From positions 16,058,001-16,122,000 of the forward strand of contig JBHGNT010000010.1 of NCBI GenBank assembly GCA_043228905.1: 64,000 nt of DNA, read 5' to 3'. Below, in pieces: positions 12,073-24,226 of this stretch. Source of the stretch: Azolla caroliniana. Lineage: Eukaryota > Plantae > Polypodiophyta. The notes under the pieces were generated by a model, which saw only the letters and a program-made list of their open reading frames with translations, did not search any database and had not been told where the DNA came from. Position 1 is the first letter of the stretch. Every line of letters begins with the position of its first letter. Both the position numbers and the translations under genes were made by a program.

Positions 12073-13575
12073 TGTGAAATGAATCTTATAGAGACGAGTA
12101 GGTCAACTATGTAAAAAAGGAATCGGTCGAGCACTTGTAGCCGAGGAAGGTAGAAAGAAATACATGCAACTAAGAATAAAGGACGCTAATTAGGAGGAAG
12201 TAGCTAAAGCACGCCAAGGAAAAAATATGCTATATAAATCGTGGAATAACAGAAGGAAAAGGAGGAGAGTGAATATATGCATAGGTTATGATATAGAAGA
12301 GAGACAGAGTCACTAATAGTATCGGCCTGTGTTGCCTTGTAATCAATACATGAAGTAATCAATATACATACTTTGTGGGTCATCTCTGTGTCTGTTCCAT
12401 CTTAATATGTACTTTCGATTATGTTATTTTAGGTCATAAGTGGAAAGCCAGTTGTGGTCAGCTATCGTGTAATGGTTTGGCCTACTCGGCCCTATCATAG
12501 TCCCCTACATAACAATGATTCCTTGACCCGATTACCCAAGGAGTAATCGAAGGTGTTTTTCCAAGAAGGAGATAACACAATTTGGCACGCCCAGTTCACG
12601 TTGTGAGGTCACAATGAACAACGTAGGAGACAACCCCAGTTGCCATTACGACGCCCACCCGTATCACGCGGTCTCAACTACCATCCCACCACACCGAGCT
12701 AGGTAAGGGCACTTCTGACTCCACGCTCACGCAACGATCATCGCTGGAGCAATCTAAGTCACACCACTCTCTAACACCGGCACCAGACACTTAGTCGAAT
12801 GTTGATTTGACCCCGTTGCACCTCGCAACCCCCCCGAAGTCAACCAAGACAAATACAACCCATTCTCGGCGCCACCAGAAGATCCCGACTTCGACACTAT
12901 GTCATATCCTTATTCGCGTTACATGGATGGCCCCGACACTGAATCACACATCTGCTCTTTCTTGTCGACTTGGCAAGCCAATCATTTGACACAGCATCTC
13001 ACCACTACCGAGGTTGACTCATCGAAAATTACAGAGTTCACACTGTCCCTTGATGGACCCGCCAAACGGTGGTATTCCCGCCACGACATAGCAGACTTTG
13101 CGACGGTTCAGGACGTCCGCACTCGATTCCTCAAACTTTTCAATCATGAAATACCTATGCATGAACAACTCTGGCAGTTCTACGCCATTGCATAAGAACC
13201 ATGTGAGATGGTTTAACAATTTACGATCTGCTTCCAATATCTCTATCAACAACTAGCTCAAGTTGTGTCCACGAATCATCTCAAAGACACATTCCTCGCA
13301 GGACTAAGAGAGCTTATACGCACGACGCTAGCCCTAACCAACTTCTCATAGCAAACAATCGAGCAGGTGGTCGTTCGCATTAGACAGACCTCAAACTAGT
13401 ACATCTTTCTCAATGGGCTCACTCCAAAACACCTTGCCAACACATGAAGAAACCCAATTTTGGCAGGCACTCCAATGCATGACATGCTCGAATTTCGGCC
13501 ACTCGGACGCACACGCATACGGTGGGGCAATGTGAATATAATATGCTCAATCGCACAACCACTGCTCCGGTATGC

Positions 13576-14981
13576 TGTCATGAAGATTTTCGACAACGGT
13601 GTGAAAATTGCATGGAACGTACAAAATCAAGTGTGGTTCTTCACACGAGACATGAAACAATAATAGAGAAGATACTATTTTAGATTATCTTAATATCTTG
13701 GTACGGGAAGATGGAGGTCTTTAAGAGCTTTCGAATGCTTTTTACTACATAAGAAACAAACATCTAAGTGTCAAGTTATGTGGGTATAAAGTTTTACAAA
13801 AGAAAAAAGGAGAAAAATAAAACTGTGAAATATCCCACATAGATAGGAAGAGTTTAGGCTCCAACTATATAAGCAAATTGAGATCCATCATATTTAATCT
13901 ATGTCTTAAAAGCACATAAGAAATAGTTAGACTTGAGCCACTTTTGTCTAGATGGACATATGTGGCTAAGTCGTCGGATGTGGCTAAATGCCCGAACCGA
14001 CCGGTGAAGAAACTCAAACCGGCCGACAACAAAACTAGAAACCGGATGGAGCTGGCAACCGGTGGCCGGATGCATCCGGCAACCGGTGACTGGATAGATC
14101 CAGCGACCGACGACGGAACCGGCGGCGGAGCTGGTGACCCGGCATCGAGTGAGGTTTTGGCCAACCAAAACCGGCGGCAACTAGTGATCGGCATCTGGCG
14201 ATGGATCCGGTAACGGACGGTGACGACATCCGACATCCGACGACCTCAAGATCCGGACCAAACCGGCTCGGGATGCGGACCGAACCTAGCCAAACTGAAC
14301 GAATGCAAATCGGTCAGGTCGGTGGATCGCGGTGCACTGTGTCTTAAAGATATTTGGTCCAAAAGCCTAATATTATTTTGTGCATAAAGAAAAAGATATA
14401 AGCAAGACTCGAACTTAACACCTCCAAGATAGGAAGCAATAGGCTTACCATTAAACCAAACCATTTCTTTAGAGATTATAATTTTATCATTATAACTTTA
14501 CATATAAATTCTCGTGTGTGAGAGCTTAGATGATGACATGGCAAGCATGCATTGCATGCATTTCATGCATTCCGTGCATGTGTTGCACCCTCACATGCAC
14601 TATATGCATGGGGGCATCTATAAAAGAGTGGAGGAATCAAGGAAAAGGGTTTCTTTTTTATCAAGCAAGCTTTGTAGTTTATATCAAAATTAATATTTAA
14701 AAAAAAAATGGTTATCCAATTGATGTATTAATCAAGAAATTAAAAGTAAGAAATTCGATATCCAATTGATGTATCAATCTTGTTCTTCGAATTTGAAGTC
14801 AAGAGTTCAATCTTAATCTCTCTCAATCTAAAGTCAAGCGTTCTATCTTATCACAATCTCTCTCCCTCAATCTATCTTAAATCCTTTCTCGCTAAAGCTA
14901 GTGCATACTTTGAGTCCTTCCAGTCCAGAACCCCAACGGTTCCGCCTCACAATCCGCACATAGTGACGGATCTTCACGACA
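13576..14981 (+). mobile_element. Solo LTR, family A-related (1406 bp)
   Basis: TGTCATGAAGA...TCTTCACGACA termini; 4-bp TSD ATGC/ACGC; excision restores gag APVRQIEP; TATA CTATAAAA near 14618; family U5 motif. Confidence 0.85.
14396..14465 (-). ncRNA. Degenerate tRNA-like Pol III promoter module inside LTR U3
   Basis: A-box-like TGGTTTAATGG, GGAGGT, B-box-like AGTTCGAGTC, followed by TTTTT. Confidence 0.5.
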
Positions 14982-15842
14982 ACGCCAAATCGAGCCCCAC
15001 TACGATCTCCCTTGATAGGATGATCGTGATCGTCTGCCACCAAGATTTCAGGAAGCCAAACGTCCCTGGTACGACAATCCATACCGATGTGATGATAGGT
15101 ATCGTCCCGAGGAAGATCGCTATCGGCCAGACAATCGGTACCAGCCCGAGGAAGATCGTTATCGGCCTAGGGATGACCACTATCGACCAGTGGATGACTA
15201 CTACCAATACGATCGGAACGACGATTACGACCCAAGTCATTGTTTCGACCAAAGGCACAATCAAGGACCTCCTTAACATAATCGAGGTCATCGACAATCA
15301 GGAAACAATCAACGACCACAAGATAATCGACGTCCGGACCCACCCCGTCTAGACCATCATCAAACTCCTTCTAACATAGAGCCTCGAGAGGATTCCCACA
15401 AAGCCTCGAGAGCGCAGCAGTACGCCATGCTGCCCAAAGAAGAAAACCTTTGACCGTATTAAACATCTCAATTCGAGCCAGGGGAATCAAGCAATTTGGC
15501 GCCGATCATGTGTTTTAACTGTAATCAACAGGGCATTATGCCACACAGTATCCAGTCACTAATCGTGGCAAAGGTCCTACCGTTAATATCATCATAGCTA
15601 AAGTCCAACAGGTCATAACAATAAGGAAGGCCCAACACACCCAATGGGAAGTCCAGGATGAAGTCTGGCAAGCCATGAAGGAATGGATCGAGAAAGCTAA
15701 TAACGCAAATGTCAACCGCATGCATACCGAGATGAAAGATATCAAATTATGTCGGTATGTCGGCCTCATCACAACCCACTAGGTCACCGGACGACGACCC
15801 GGTTTGGCAGGCACTCACCAGTTGCTAGATATCCATGCCCTT

Positions 15843-16493
15843 TGTAAAAGAATACGTGTGCGGAAGCATATACGAAAGACACAGAGTACACGGTTCGGAA
15901 GTACAACAGTTCGGTAAAATGCAGAAATCACAGAGAAGGAGGGGGAGAGAGAGAGAGAGACCATAAATGAAACTATATTCAAAAATAATTCTCTATATGT
16001 TCTCTGTACATACTTCGTGCTCAATGAGCACCTTTTATACAAGCCCTGACTATTGGGCTGACACAAGTACTTACAGTACTTGACCGCTCATAAATGAGCA
16101 TCCTACACTTACTCCCAAAATTATTCCTTCCAAGGAATAACATTCTAACGGCCTCTCGATTTACACACCGCCACGGTCATATTGTGCGTACGGTTTTACG
16201 CACCCAGTCTACGCACTAGGTTACGCACCCGTTTATGCGCCCAATATTGAGTTTGTCTCTCAACACTCCCCCTCAAACTCAACTTGAGGTTCCATCTGCT
16301 TTCCCGGATCTTCGCTCCAGCCTCTCCTGGCTTCACGCCTCACTTGCGCTCCTCGACCTATTCGATTCCGCACGCTTCGACCCTTCCAATCGCCTTGTCT
16401 ACTCATGTGGCCCTTCTCAGCTCCCTTGTTGTCGCGGTGTTGGCACCTCTTTCACTGCCCTTTTCTCCACTTGGCCCTTAGCCGATTCGTAAT
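15843..16493 (-). mobile_element. 3' end of a copia-type element: LTR 15843-16265, PPT 16266-16274
   Basis: GAGGGGGAG directly followed by TGTTG...TTACA on the minus strand. Confidence 0.75.
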
Positions 16494-16876
16494 TATTGAG
16501 AATCGAACTCAACTTCCCATAGAAATAGGTTTCACACTAGCTCATGGAAATACCAGGCTAATTTGGAAATAGTAGAAAAGGGCCCTTGCCCTAGTTTAGT
16601 TGGTATTTAAACCAACCCTTTGTAACCTTGTTACTGTTGGAAGTATTTTGGTTGGATAATATATATAGTTATCTCTCTCTCTCTCTCTCTCTATTTTTCC
16701 TTACGTGCATACACAAACACACACAATCCTTCCGTTGCATCTCAGCCACTCTTGCTCCTCATCCTCTTTACATGGTATCAGAGCGTGTGGTTGCTTAATC
16801 ATCCTCCTCATTTCTTGTGTGGTGGTACAACACTAACGAACAATAGAACCAGCTCATCAACAGAGAAGAAATCACC

Positions 16877-19495
16877 ATGAATACTCAGATGGGAAGCGCT
16901 CTTCCGACTGAGAAGCTTGACAGAACGAACTTCACATCTTGGGAATACAAGATGCATCAATACCTTGTCGGGCAAGGTTACTGGAGCTACATTGAAGGAG
17001 CTCATGAAACACAACCCAACCCAACACATGCCGACTATCCCGATTGGGAGCAGGCCGCAAGCCGTGTGTTGTATTGCTTGGCATCATGCATACATGATCA
17101 TATGCTGGGATATATCAGAGAGGCAAAAACGCCGAAACAAGCGTGGGAAAACCTCAAGAAAATCTTTGCGGCCAATACGGTTGCACGGAAACTCCAACTT
17201 CGGCAAGAGCTAAAGAATTTGCAACAGAGGGATATGTCAATCACAAGTTATACCTTGAAGATCAAGGAACTATGTGACGCCCTCGGTTCGATCAATGTCA
17301 TCATCGATGATGAAGAGATGGTGCAAATATGCCTTGGTGGCTTAGCACCTCGATTTGGATCGATTAGATCGGCCATCCTTGCGAGAGAGAATCCTCCTTC
17401 CTTTTTTTATGTGCAATCATTATTGCTTGTCGAGGAGAACCACGTGCGTCAAAGGTACAACACGCACGACGGACAAATGCTGTATTCGAATTTCGATGGA
17501 GGAAGAGGACACAGTCGTGGGAGGAGAGGCCGATTTGGCCAAGGCCGACACAATCATGAGCATAACCCCCACCAATGGCAACCAGACAGATCCGGTCCCA
17601 GAGAGTTCGGCGGAAGGGGGAGTAATCACACCCAACCAAGCAATCGTAGAAACCCAATCGAATGCGGGTACTGCGGAAAACTCGACCATTACGAAGAGGA
17701 GTGCCGAAAGAAGAAACCCGAGGTAGGCCGACAACTTACTAATTACGCTTTGAATTCCGACAACGGCAACCATTGAGGAATGTTCATAATGAAACATGAA
17801 GCGCACTCGATGTCTGCCCAGGCTTCAACTAGCGCCTCCACCTCAAATAATGTATTGTTTGTCAATTTAGGAGCGTCAAATCACATGACGTCTCATGAAG
17901 ATTGGTTTCGTTAACTACGAAAGCCCGAACATCCCGGATATGTCGAAAAAGGAGATGGCACGACTCATCCAATACAGCATATTGGGAACGTCCCATTTGG
18001 AAATGACGGAAAACAAACCTACCTCAAGAATGTACTGCATGTCCCTACCATCACGAAAAACTTGGTCTCAGTCGGCCAGATTGTCGAACAAGGAATGCAA
18101 GTACGATTAAACAACGACGAGTGTTTCATCGAAACAAGCAGTCAAGTTGTAGCTCACGGTCGTCGTGAAGGCCGTATGTTTATCCTCGAATCGAATGAGG
18201 TGAAGTGAGCCATGTTTGCAAAAGGCCACAAAGTCGAAACAGACTTAAATTTGTGGCACAAAAGAATTGGCCACATCAATCTCCAAAAACTTCAGAATAT
18301 GCAATCAAAAGGAGTGGTAATATGACTCCCGAACTTTACCACGTAGGAGATTACGAGCGTATGCGAAGCGTGCCAGTTCGGAAAGCAACACCGACATCCA
18401 TTCCCGAAAGACCGTAATGTGAGCAAATGGATCATGGATGTCATACATTCAGATGTATGGGGACCGGTCCAGACAAGCACACTCGGCGGATGCCGATGTT
18501 ACTTTACGTTCATCAACGACTTCGCCAGGAACACCCGGATCTACCCGATGAAACAAGAGAGAGAACTGTTTGGATACTGCCTTCGATCGGATGGAGGCAA
18601 AGAATACTTTTCGGATGAGTTTACGGCATATCTCCGAAAGGAAGGAATCCGACGAGAATTCTCATGCCGTTACTCACATCAGTAGAACAGTGTAGCTGAG
18701 CGTAAAAACCGGCGCATAGTAGAAGTCGCTCAGGCTATGATGATTGAGAAGAATCTGCCGAAATCGTGTTGGGTAGAAGCGGCGAACATGGCCGTATACC
18801 TCATGAACAGGTGCACAACCTCAGGAGTACACGACATAACCCCGCATAGGAAGTTCTTTGGAAAGAAGCCGAACTTATCACACCTCCGTGTTTTCGGCGC
18901 AATCGCGTACGTACACATTCCCGATGATACGCGACAAAAGCTCGATCCGAAGTCGGAGAAATGTATCCTCGTAGGATACTCACTCGAACAAATGCTACAA
19001 CCCATTTACCCAAAAATTTTGAACAAGCCGAGACTACGTCCCGGCTTGTTCAAACTTCGAGAATACTTCGACCAAAGAATACTCTGACGCGGATGACACC
19101 GAAATAGAAATAGACACTGAGGATAGGCTCACGCAGATGTTTGAAGACAACCCAATCTTGACATGGATGAGTGGGCCATCAAAGCCGCCAAGCGATCAAA
19201 GCACATCTCGGCCGAGTCTAAAGCTGGACTGAGGTGCTTAACTCTCTCAACAGTGAATTTGAAGGTCTTGACACTCACATAAATGGAACGAGGAAAGCAA
19301 TAGTCCCACCGGATGCAGAGCTACACCGGTTCACCCGTGAAAAAAACCTCGTAAGCCGTTTCGGCTATGACGAGTACATGGCGTATCATTGCGCGTTCAT
19401 GATGAAGGTAGCGTCAGTATGGGAGCTGGAGAAGCTTTCCGAAGCTGTACAGATCTGCAATGGGTCGATGTGATGAATGAGGAAATGGAAGCGTT
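16877..19495 (+). pseudogene. Copia B gag-pol; gag ORF 16877-17776, PR/INT/RT start disrupted
   Basis: KLDRTNFTSW, CGYCGKLDHYEEEC, HSDVWGP, LRSDGGKEY, HLRVFG, KLDPKSEKCILVGY. Confidence 0.88.
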
Positions 19496-19522
19496 CCTCA
19501 CCCTCCGAGCAAGAAAGCAATT

Positions 19523-20161
19523 TGTTTGGAAACAAGTCCCTCCGGATGGGATGATCCGGTGAGAACCTGATGACGAGTACCTGACTACGGAAGACCCAAT
19601 GAGAACCGAATGACGAGTACCCGACTACAGATGACCCGGTGAGAACCGGATGAGGAGTACCCGGCAAGCGCCGGATGATGCAGGCCCGGTGAGGAGTGCT
19701 CACCGGATGAAGGGACATATTCGTAAATATGTTTTCTGAGAGTCCATCAGGGCTATATTTGTACATAGCCGAAAGTCATATTAGTATAAATATGACTTAG
19801 GGCAAACTTAGAGTGTAGTTGTCATTCTTGTTGGCGCTAGATCAGAGAGCGCGTAACAGTGTACACAGAGAGAGAGAGAGAGAGAGGAAGAGTTCGTTGC
19901 CTGTGTTGTAACCACCGCCTATGGTGAAGATCGTGAGCATGAGATCGTTACCTCCGTGAGCTCACTGTTGTAATCATTGTGATATAGTGATAGTTTGGAG
20001 TCTGTGAACTCTCGTGGTTTTTCCCTCTCAGGGTTTTCCACGTTAAACATCCTGTGTACTATTCTCTCCTTTGTGTCGTGCGTTCATTATCCGTTTTCTG
20101 TGTTTGATTTTAGACTCAGTTGTGGCCGAGCGTTGTTCATCGGAGTGTGTAGTTCCTGTCA
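19523..20161 (+). repeat. Copia C LTRa
   Basis: TGTTTGGAAAC...CCTGTCA; TATA TAGTATAAAT; Met-i PBS at 20165. Confidence 0.88.
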
Positions 20162-20191
20162 AAGTGGTATCAGAACTAAACTACACAGAAG

Positions 20192-22325
20192 ATGGAAGAA
20201 TCGTTGGGCGGCATGTTCAAACTCACCAGCTCCAACTTTTCAGTGTGGAACTTGAAGATGAGGGACATGCTCGTGGTTAAAGATCTTTGGTTGCCGGTTC
20301 AGTTCGGGGACAAGAGACCGGACAAAATCGACGCCACGATATGGGAGGTGATGCACATGAAGACAACGACGTACATACGGTGCTTCATCGACATGAGCCT
20401 ATACAACAACTTCAATGAAGAGAGCAAGGCTCATGAGCTCTAGGAGAAGATCGGCATTATGTTTCAGAACAAAAATGTTGTTAACCAGGTTTCGGTATTT
20501 CGGAAGCTAGTAAGACTCCGATACCAAGATGGCTCCAGCATGGCGGAGCACATGAATGCCTTCCAAGGGCTGATACACCAGGCAACATCATTGGAAGTAC
20601 CTCTCGCCGACGAGGTACTAGCGCTACTCCTGCTCGGTTCCCTCCCGGATAGCTGGGAGACGTTGGTTGTCACTTTGGGCACCGCCGGGCCGGAAGGGAA
20701 ATGGTTATCCCTAACAAGAGTGAAGTCGAGCTTGCTAGATGAGGAGGCGCGTCGGAAAGATAAGGATACGAGCTCCGACTCCAAAGCGCTCCTTACCGAA
20801 TCGGAACGCGGAAGACAATGGAACCGTAGTCCCCAGAACCGGGAGAAGTCAGGGACACTGTCAAAGTCAAGGGGGAGGCCTACTTGCTTCTATTGCGGAA
20901 AGCCGAGACACTTCCAAAAGAACTATCGGCATTTCCGAAAAGACAAGGAAACCGATAGTACCGATTCGAAGCGGACACCAAACCGGAACGGTAAAGACCA
21001 GAGGGGGCCGGACCGGAAGGGAACGATGGTAATCGCGGCAAGTGAAGAAGGGTTGATGCTCATCACTGAGGAGAGTGAGCTAAACCTTGCCGGCGACGAG
21101 ACGACCTGGGTGGCCGACTCCGGAGCGTCGTTCCACCTTACCCCGGACCGGAAATGCTTCTCATCCTACTCAGCCGGTGATCACGACTGTGTCCGGATGG
21201 GGAATGAAGGTACATGCCGAATTGTCGGCATAAGAGACATGTGGTTGTCAACACCAATCGGATGCATGCTGCTACTGAAGGATGTCCGACACGTTCGGGA
21301 GGTTTGATTTAACCTGATATCAACCGGTCGGCTAGATGATGAAGGCGACACGGGTAGCATCTGGAACGGTGTTATGAAGTTCAGCAAAGGGAGCCTGATT
21401 GTGGCTCGGGCCCAAAAGGTCAACACGTTGTACCTGATGAATGCCCGGTTATGTCTGGAAGAAGTGAACGTGGCATCTGACACTGCCGGTGAGCTGTGGC
21501 ACAAGAGGCTGTGTCACATGAGCGAGAAGGGGATGAAGAGGCTTGCAGATGACAACCGCATTCTAGTGAAGAACGTGCACTTGGAGAAGTGCACTGATTG
21601 TCTGGCCGGTAAGCCCGAAGACGAAAGCAGAGAAGGCGGATATGATGAAGGTTCCATATGCCTCTGCTGTCGGGAGCTTAATGTACGCAATGGTGTGTAC
21701 TCGACCAGATATTGGATACGCAGTCGGAGTGGTGAGCCGGTTCATGAGCAATCCCGGCAAGGAGCACTAGAACGCAGTCAAATGGATACTCCGGTACTTG
21801 AAGGGAACTTCGAATATGTGTCTCCGATTCGGCTCCGGAAAACCTCAACTTGACAGTTTTACCTATTCGGACATGGCGGCTGATGTGGATACCAGCCCGT
21901 CTACATCCGGGTATGTTATGAAATATGCAGGGGGAGCTGTTTCGTGGCAGTCGAGGCTGCAGAAGACGGTTGCGTTGTCAACCACGGAGGCAGAGTACAT
22001 GGCGGCTCTGGAAGCCGGCAAGGAAATATTATGGATGAAGGACTTCATCGGAGAGCTTGGTATCTGGCAAGATGAATACCAGCTCTATTGCGACAGTCAA
22101 AGTGCCATCCACCTTGCTAAGAATGCGGCCTACCATTCCCGGACGAAGCATATCCAGCGAAGGTATCACTGGATCCGGGAAAGAGTGGATGACCAGGAGT
22201 TCGCGCTGACGAAGATCCACACGGCCGAGAACGGGTCAAATATGCTGACCAAAGTACTGATACCCGACAAGCTAGAAGCATGCCGGAAGCGGATCGGACT
22301 AGTAAGACATCCCATGCCGAAGTGA
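20192..22325 (+). pseudogene. C1 gag-PR-RNase H with about 1.9 kb INT/RT deletion at about 21613
   Basis: Tto1-like gag MFKLTSSNFSVW, DSGASFH; CLAGK joined directly to the RT end; RNase H ORF 21798-22325. Confidence 0.88.
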
Positions 22326-22335
22326 AGGGGGAGTT

Positions 22336-23036
22336 TGTTAGGAAACAGGTCCCTCCGGATGGGAAGTGAGAAGAACTGTGTTGATGAGCAACTCAGCTGA
22401 GGCTGAATCCGGATGTGGAGTACCCGGCAACAGAAGACCCGAAGAGAACTGGATGTGGAGTACCCAGCAACGAAAGACCCGGTGAGAACCGGATGACGAG
22501 TACCCGGCAAGGAAGACCCGGTGAGAACCGGATGTTGTAGGCCCAGTGAGAACCTCTCATCGGATGGAAGGGACATATATGTAAATATGTTTCAGAGAGC
22601 CCACTGGGGCTATATTTGTAAATAGTCCAAAAGTCATATTAGTATAAATATGACCTAGGGCAAACTTAATAGTAATGATGTAGAGTTGGTTGTGTTATTA
22701 TCGTTGTGGTGATAATTCAGACTATAACTGCATACAGAGAAGAGAGAGAGAGAGGAAGAGGTTGTTTCCTCTGTTGTAACTGCCTGGTGGCGAAGCAAGG
22801 GAGCAAGAGGTCGTTCCCTCTGTGCCCCCATTGTTGTAATCTTGATATAGTGATAGTTTGGAGTCTGTGGACTCCCGTGGTTTTTTCCCAGATTTGGGTT
22901 TCCCACGTTAACATCCAATGCACTCTCTTCTTTACTGTTTTGTGTGTAGATACATCTCACCACATCCCTATTTTCTGTGCTTGATCCGACGTCTCGGTTG
23001 AGGCCGAGCATAGCTTAGGAAACCGTATTCCTTTCA
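22336..23036 (+). repeat. Copia C LTRb, shared middle LTR
   Basis: PPT GAAGGGGGAG at 22324-22333 before it; PBS TGGTATCAGAGC at 23040-23051 after it. Confidence 0.92.
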
Positions 23037-24226
23037 AACTGGTATCAGAGCGAAACGACACAGAAAAATAGACGATTCGTTGGGAGGCATGTTCAAGCTC
23101 ACCGGCTCCAATTACTCAGTGTGGAAGTCGATGATGAGGGACATGCTCGTGGTTAAAGATCTTTGGTTGCCGGTTCAGTTCGGGGACAAGAGACCGAACA
23201 AAATCGATGCCATGATATGGGAGGTGATGCACATGAAGACAACGGTGTACATACGATGCTTCATTGACATGAGTCTATACAACAACTTCAATGAATAGAG
23301 CAAGGCTCATGAGCTCTAGGAGAAGATCAACATTATGTTTCAGAACAAAAATGTTGTTTATTAGGTTTTGGTATTTCGGAAGCTAGTAAGACTCCGATAC
23401 CAAGATGGCTCCAGCATGGCGGACCACATGAATGCCTTCCAGGGGCTGATACACCAGGCAACATCATTAGAAGTACCTCTCACCGATGAAGTACTAGCAC
23501 TACTCCTGCTCGGTTCATTAGATAGATGGGCGACGTTGGTTGTCACTTTGGGCACCGCCGGGCCGGAAGGGAAATGGTTATCCCTAGCAAGAGTGAAGTC
23601 GAGCTTGCTAGATGAGGAGGCGTGTCGGAAAGACAAGCATACGAACTCCGACTCCAGAGCGCTCATTACCGAATTGGAACGCGGAAGAAAAAGGAACCGT
23701 ACTCCCTAGAACCGGGAGAAGTCGGGGCCCCGGTCAAAGTCAAGGGGGAGGCCTACTTGTTTCTATTACGGCAAGCCGACACACTTCCAGAAGACTGTCG
23801 GCACTTCTGAAAAGACAAGGAAACCGATGGTACCGATTCGAAGCGGACACTGGGCCGGACCGGAAAGGAACGACGGCAATCGCGGCAAGTGAAGAGCAGC
23901 TAATGCTCATCACCAAGGAGAGTAAATTGAACCTTGCCAGCGACGAGATGACCTGGGTGGTCGATTCCGGAGCGTTGTTCCACCTGACCCCGGATAGAAA
24001 ATGCCTCTCATCCTACTTAGCTGGTGATCACGGCTGTGTCCGGTTGGGGAATGAAGGTACATGCCGAATTGTCGGCATAGGAGACGTGTGGTTGACAACA
24101 CCAACCGGATGCAAGCTGCTGTTGAAGGATGTCCCACACGTTCCGGAGGTTCGACTGAACCTGATATCAGCCAGTCGGCTAGACGATGAAGGCTACACGG
24201 GTAGCATCTAGAATGGTGTTATGAAG

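Larger units (their letters stand above)
12073..15842 (+). mobile_element. Decayed gypsy related to family D: 5' LTR about 12073-12579, Arg-type PBS 12583-12594, gag remnant
   Basis: TGTGAA...AACACA then TGGCACGCCCAG; YSRYMDGPDTESH and CEYNMLNR...RQIEP match the gag of 49197-59819. Confidence 0.78.

Noticed and set aside
12726-12739. 14-mer CTCACGCAACGATC shared with the E LTR U5 (62121-62134)
   Set aside because: No flanking similarity and a different family and context; treated as chance.
15096-15240. Short tandem repeats after the solo LTR
   Set aside because: They encode the R/D/Y-rich gag linker also seen in D (51750-51900).
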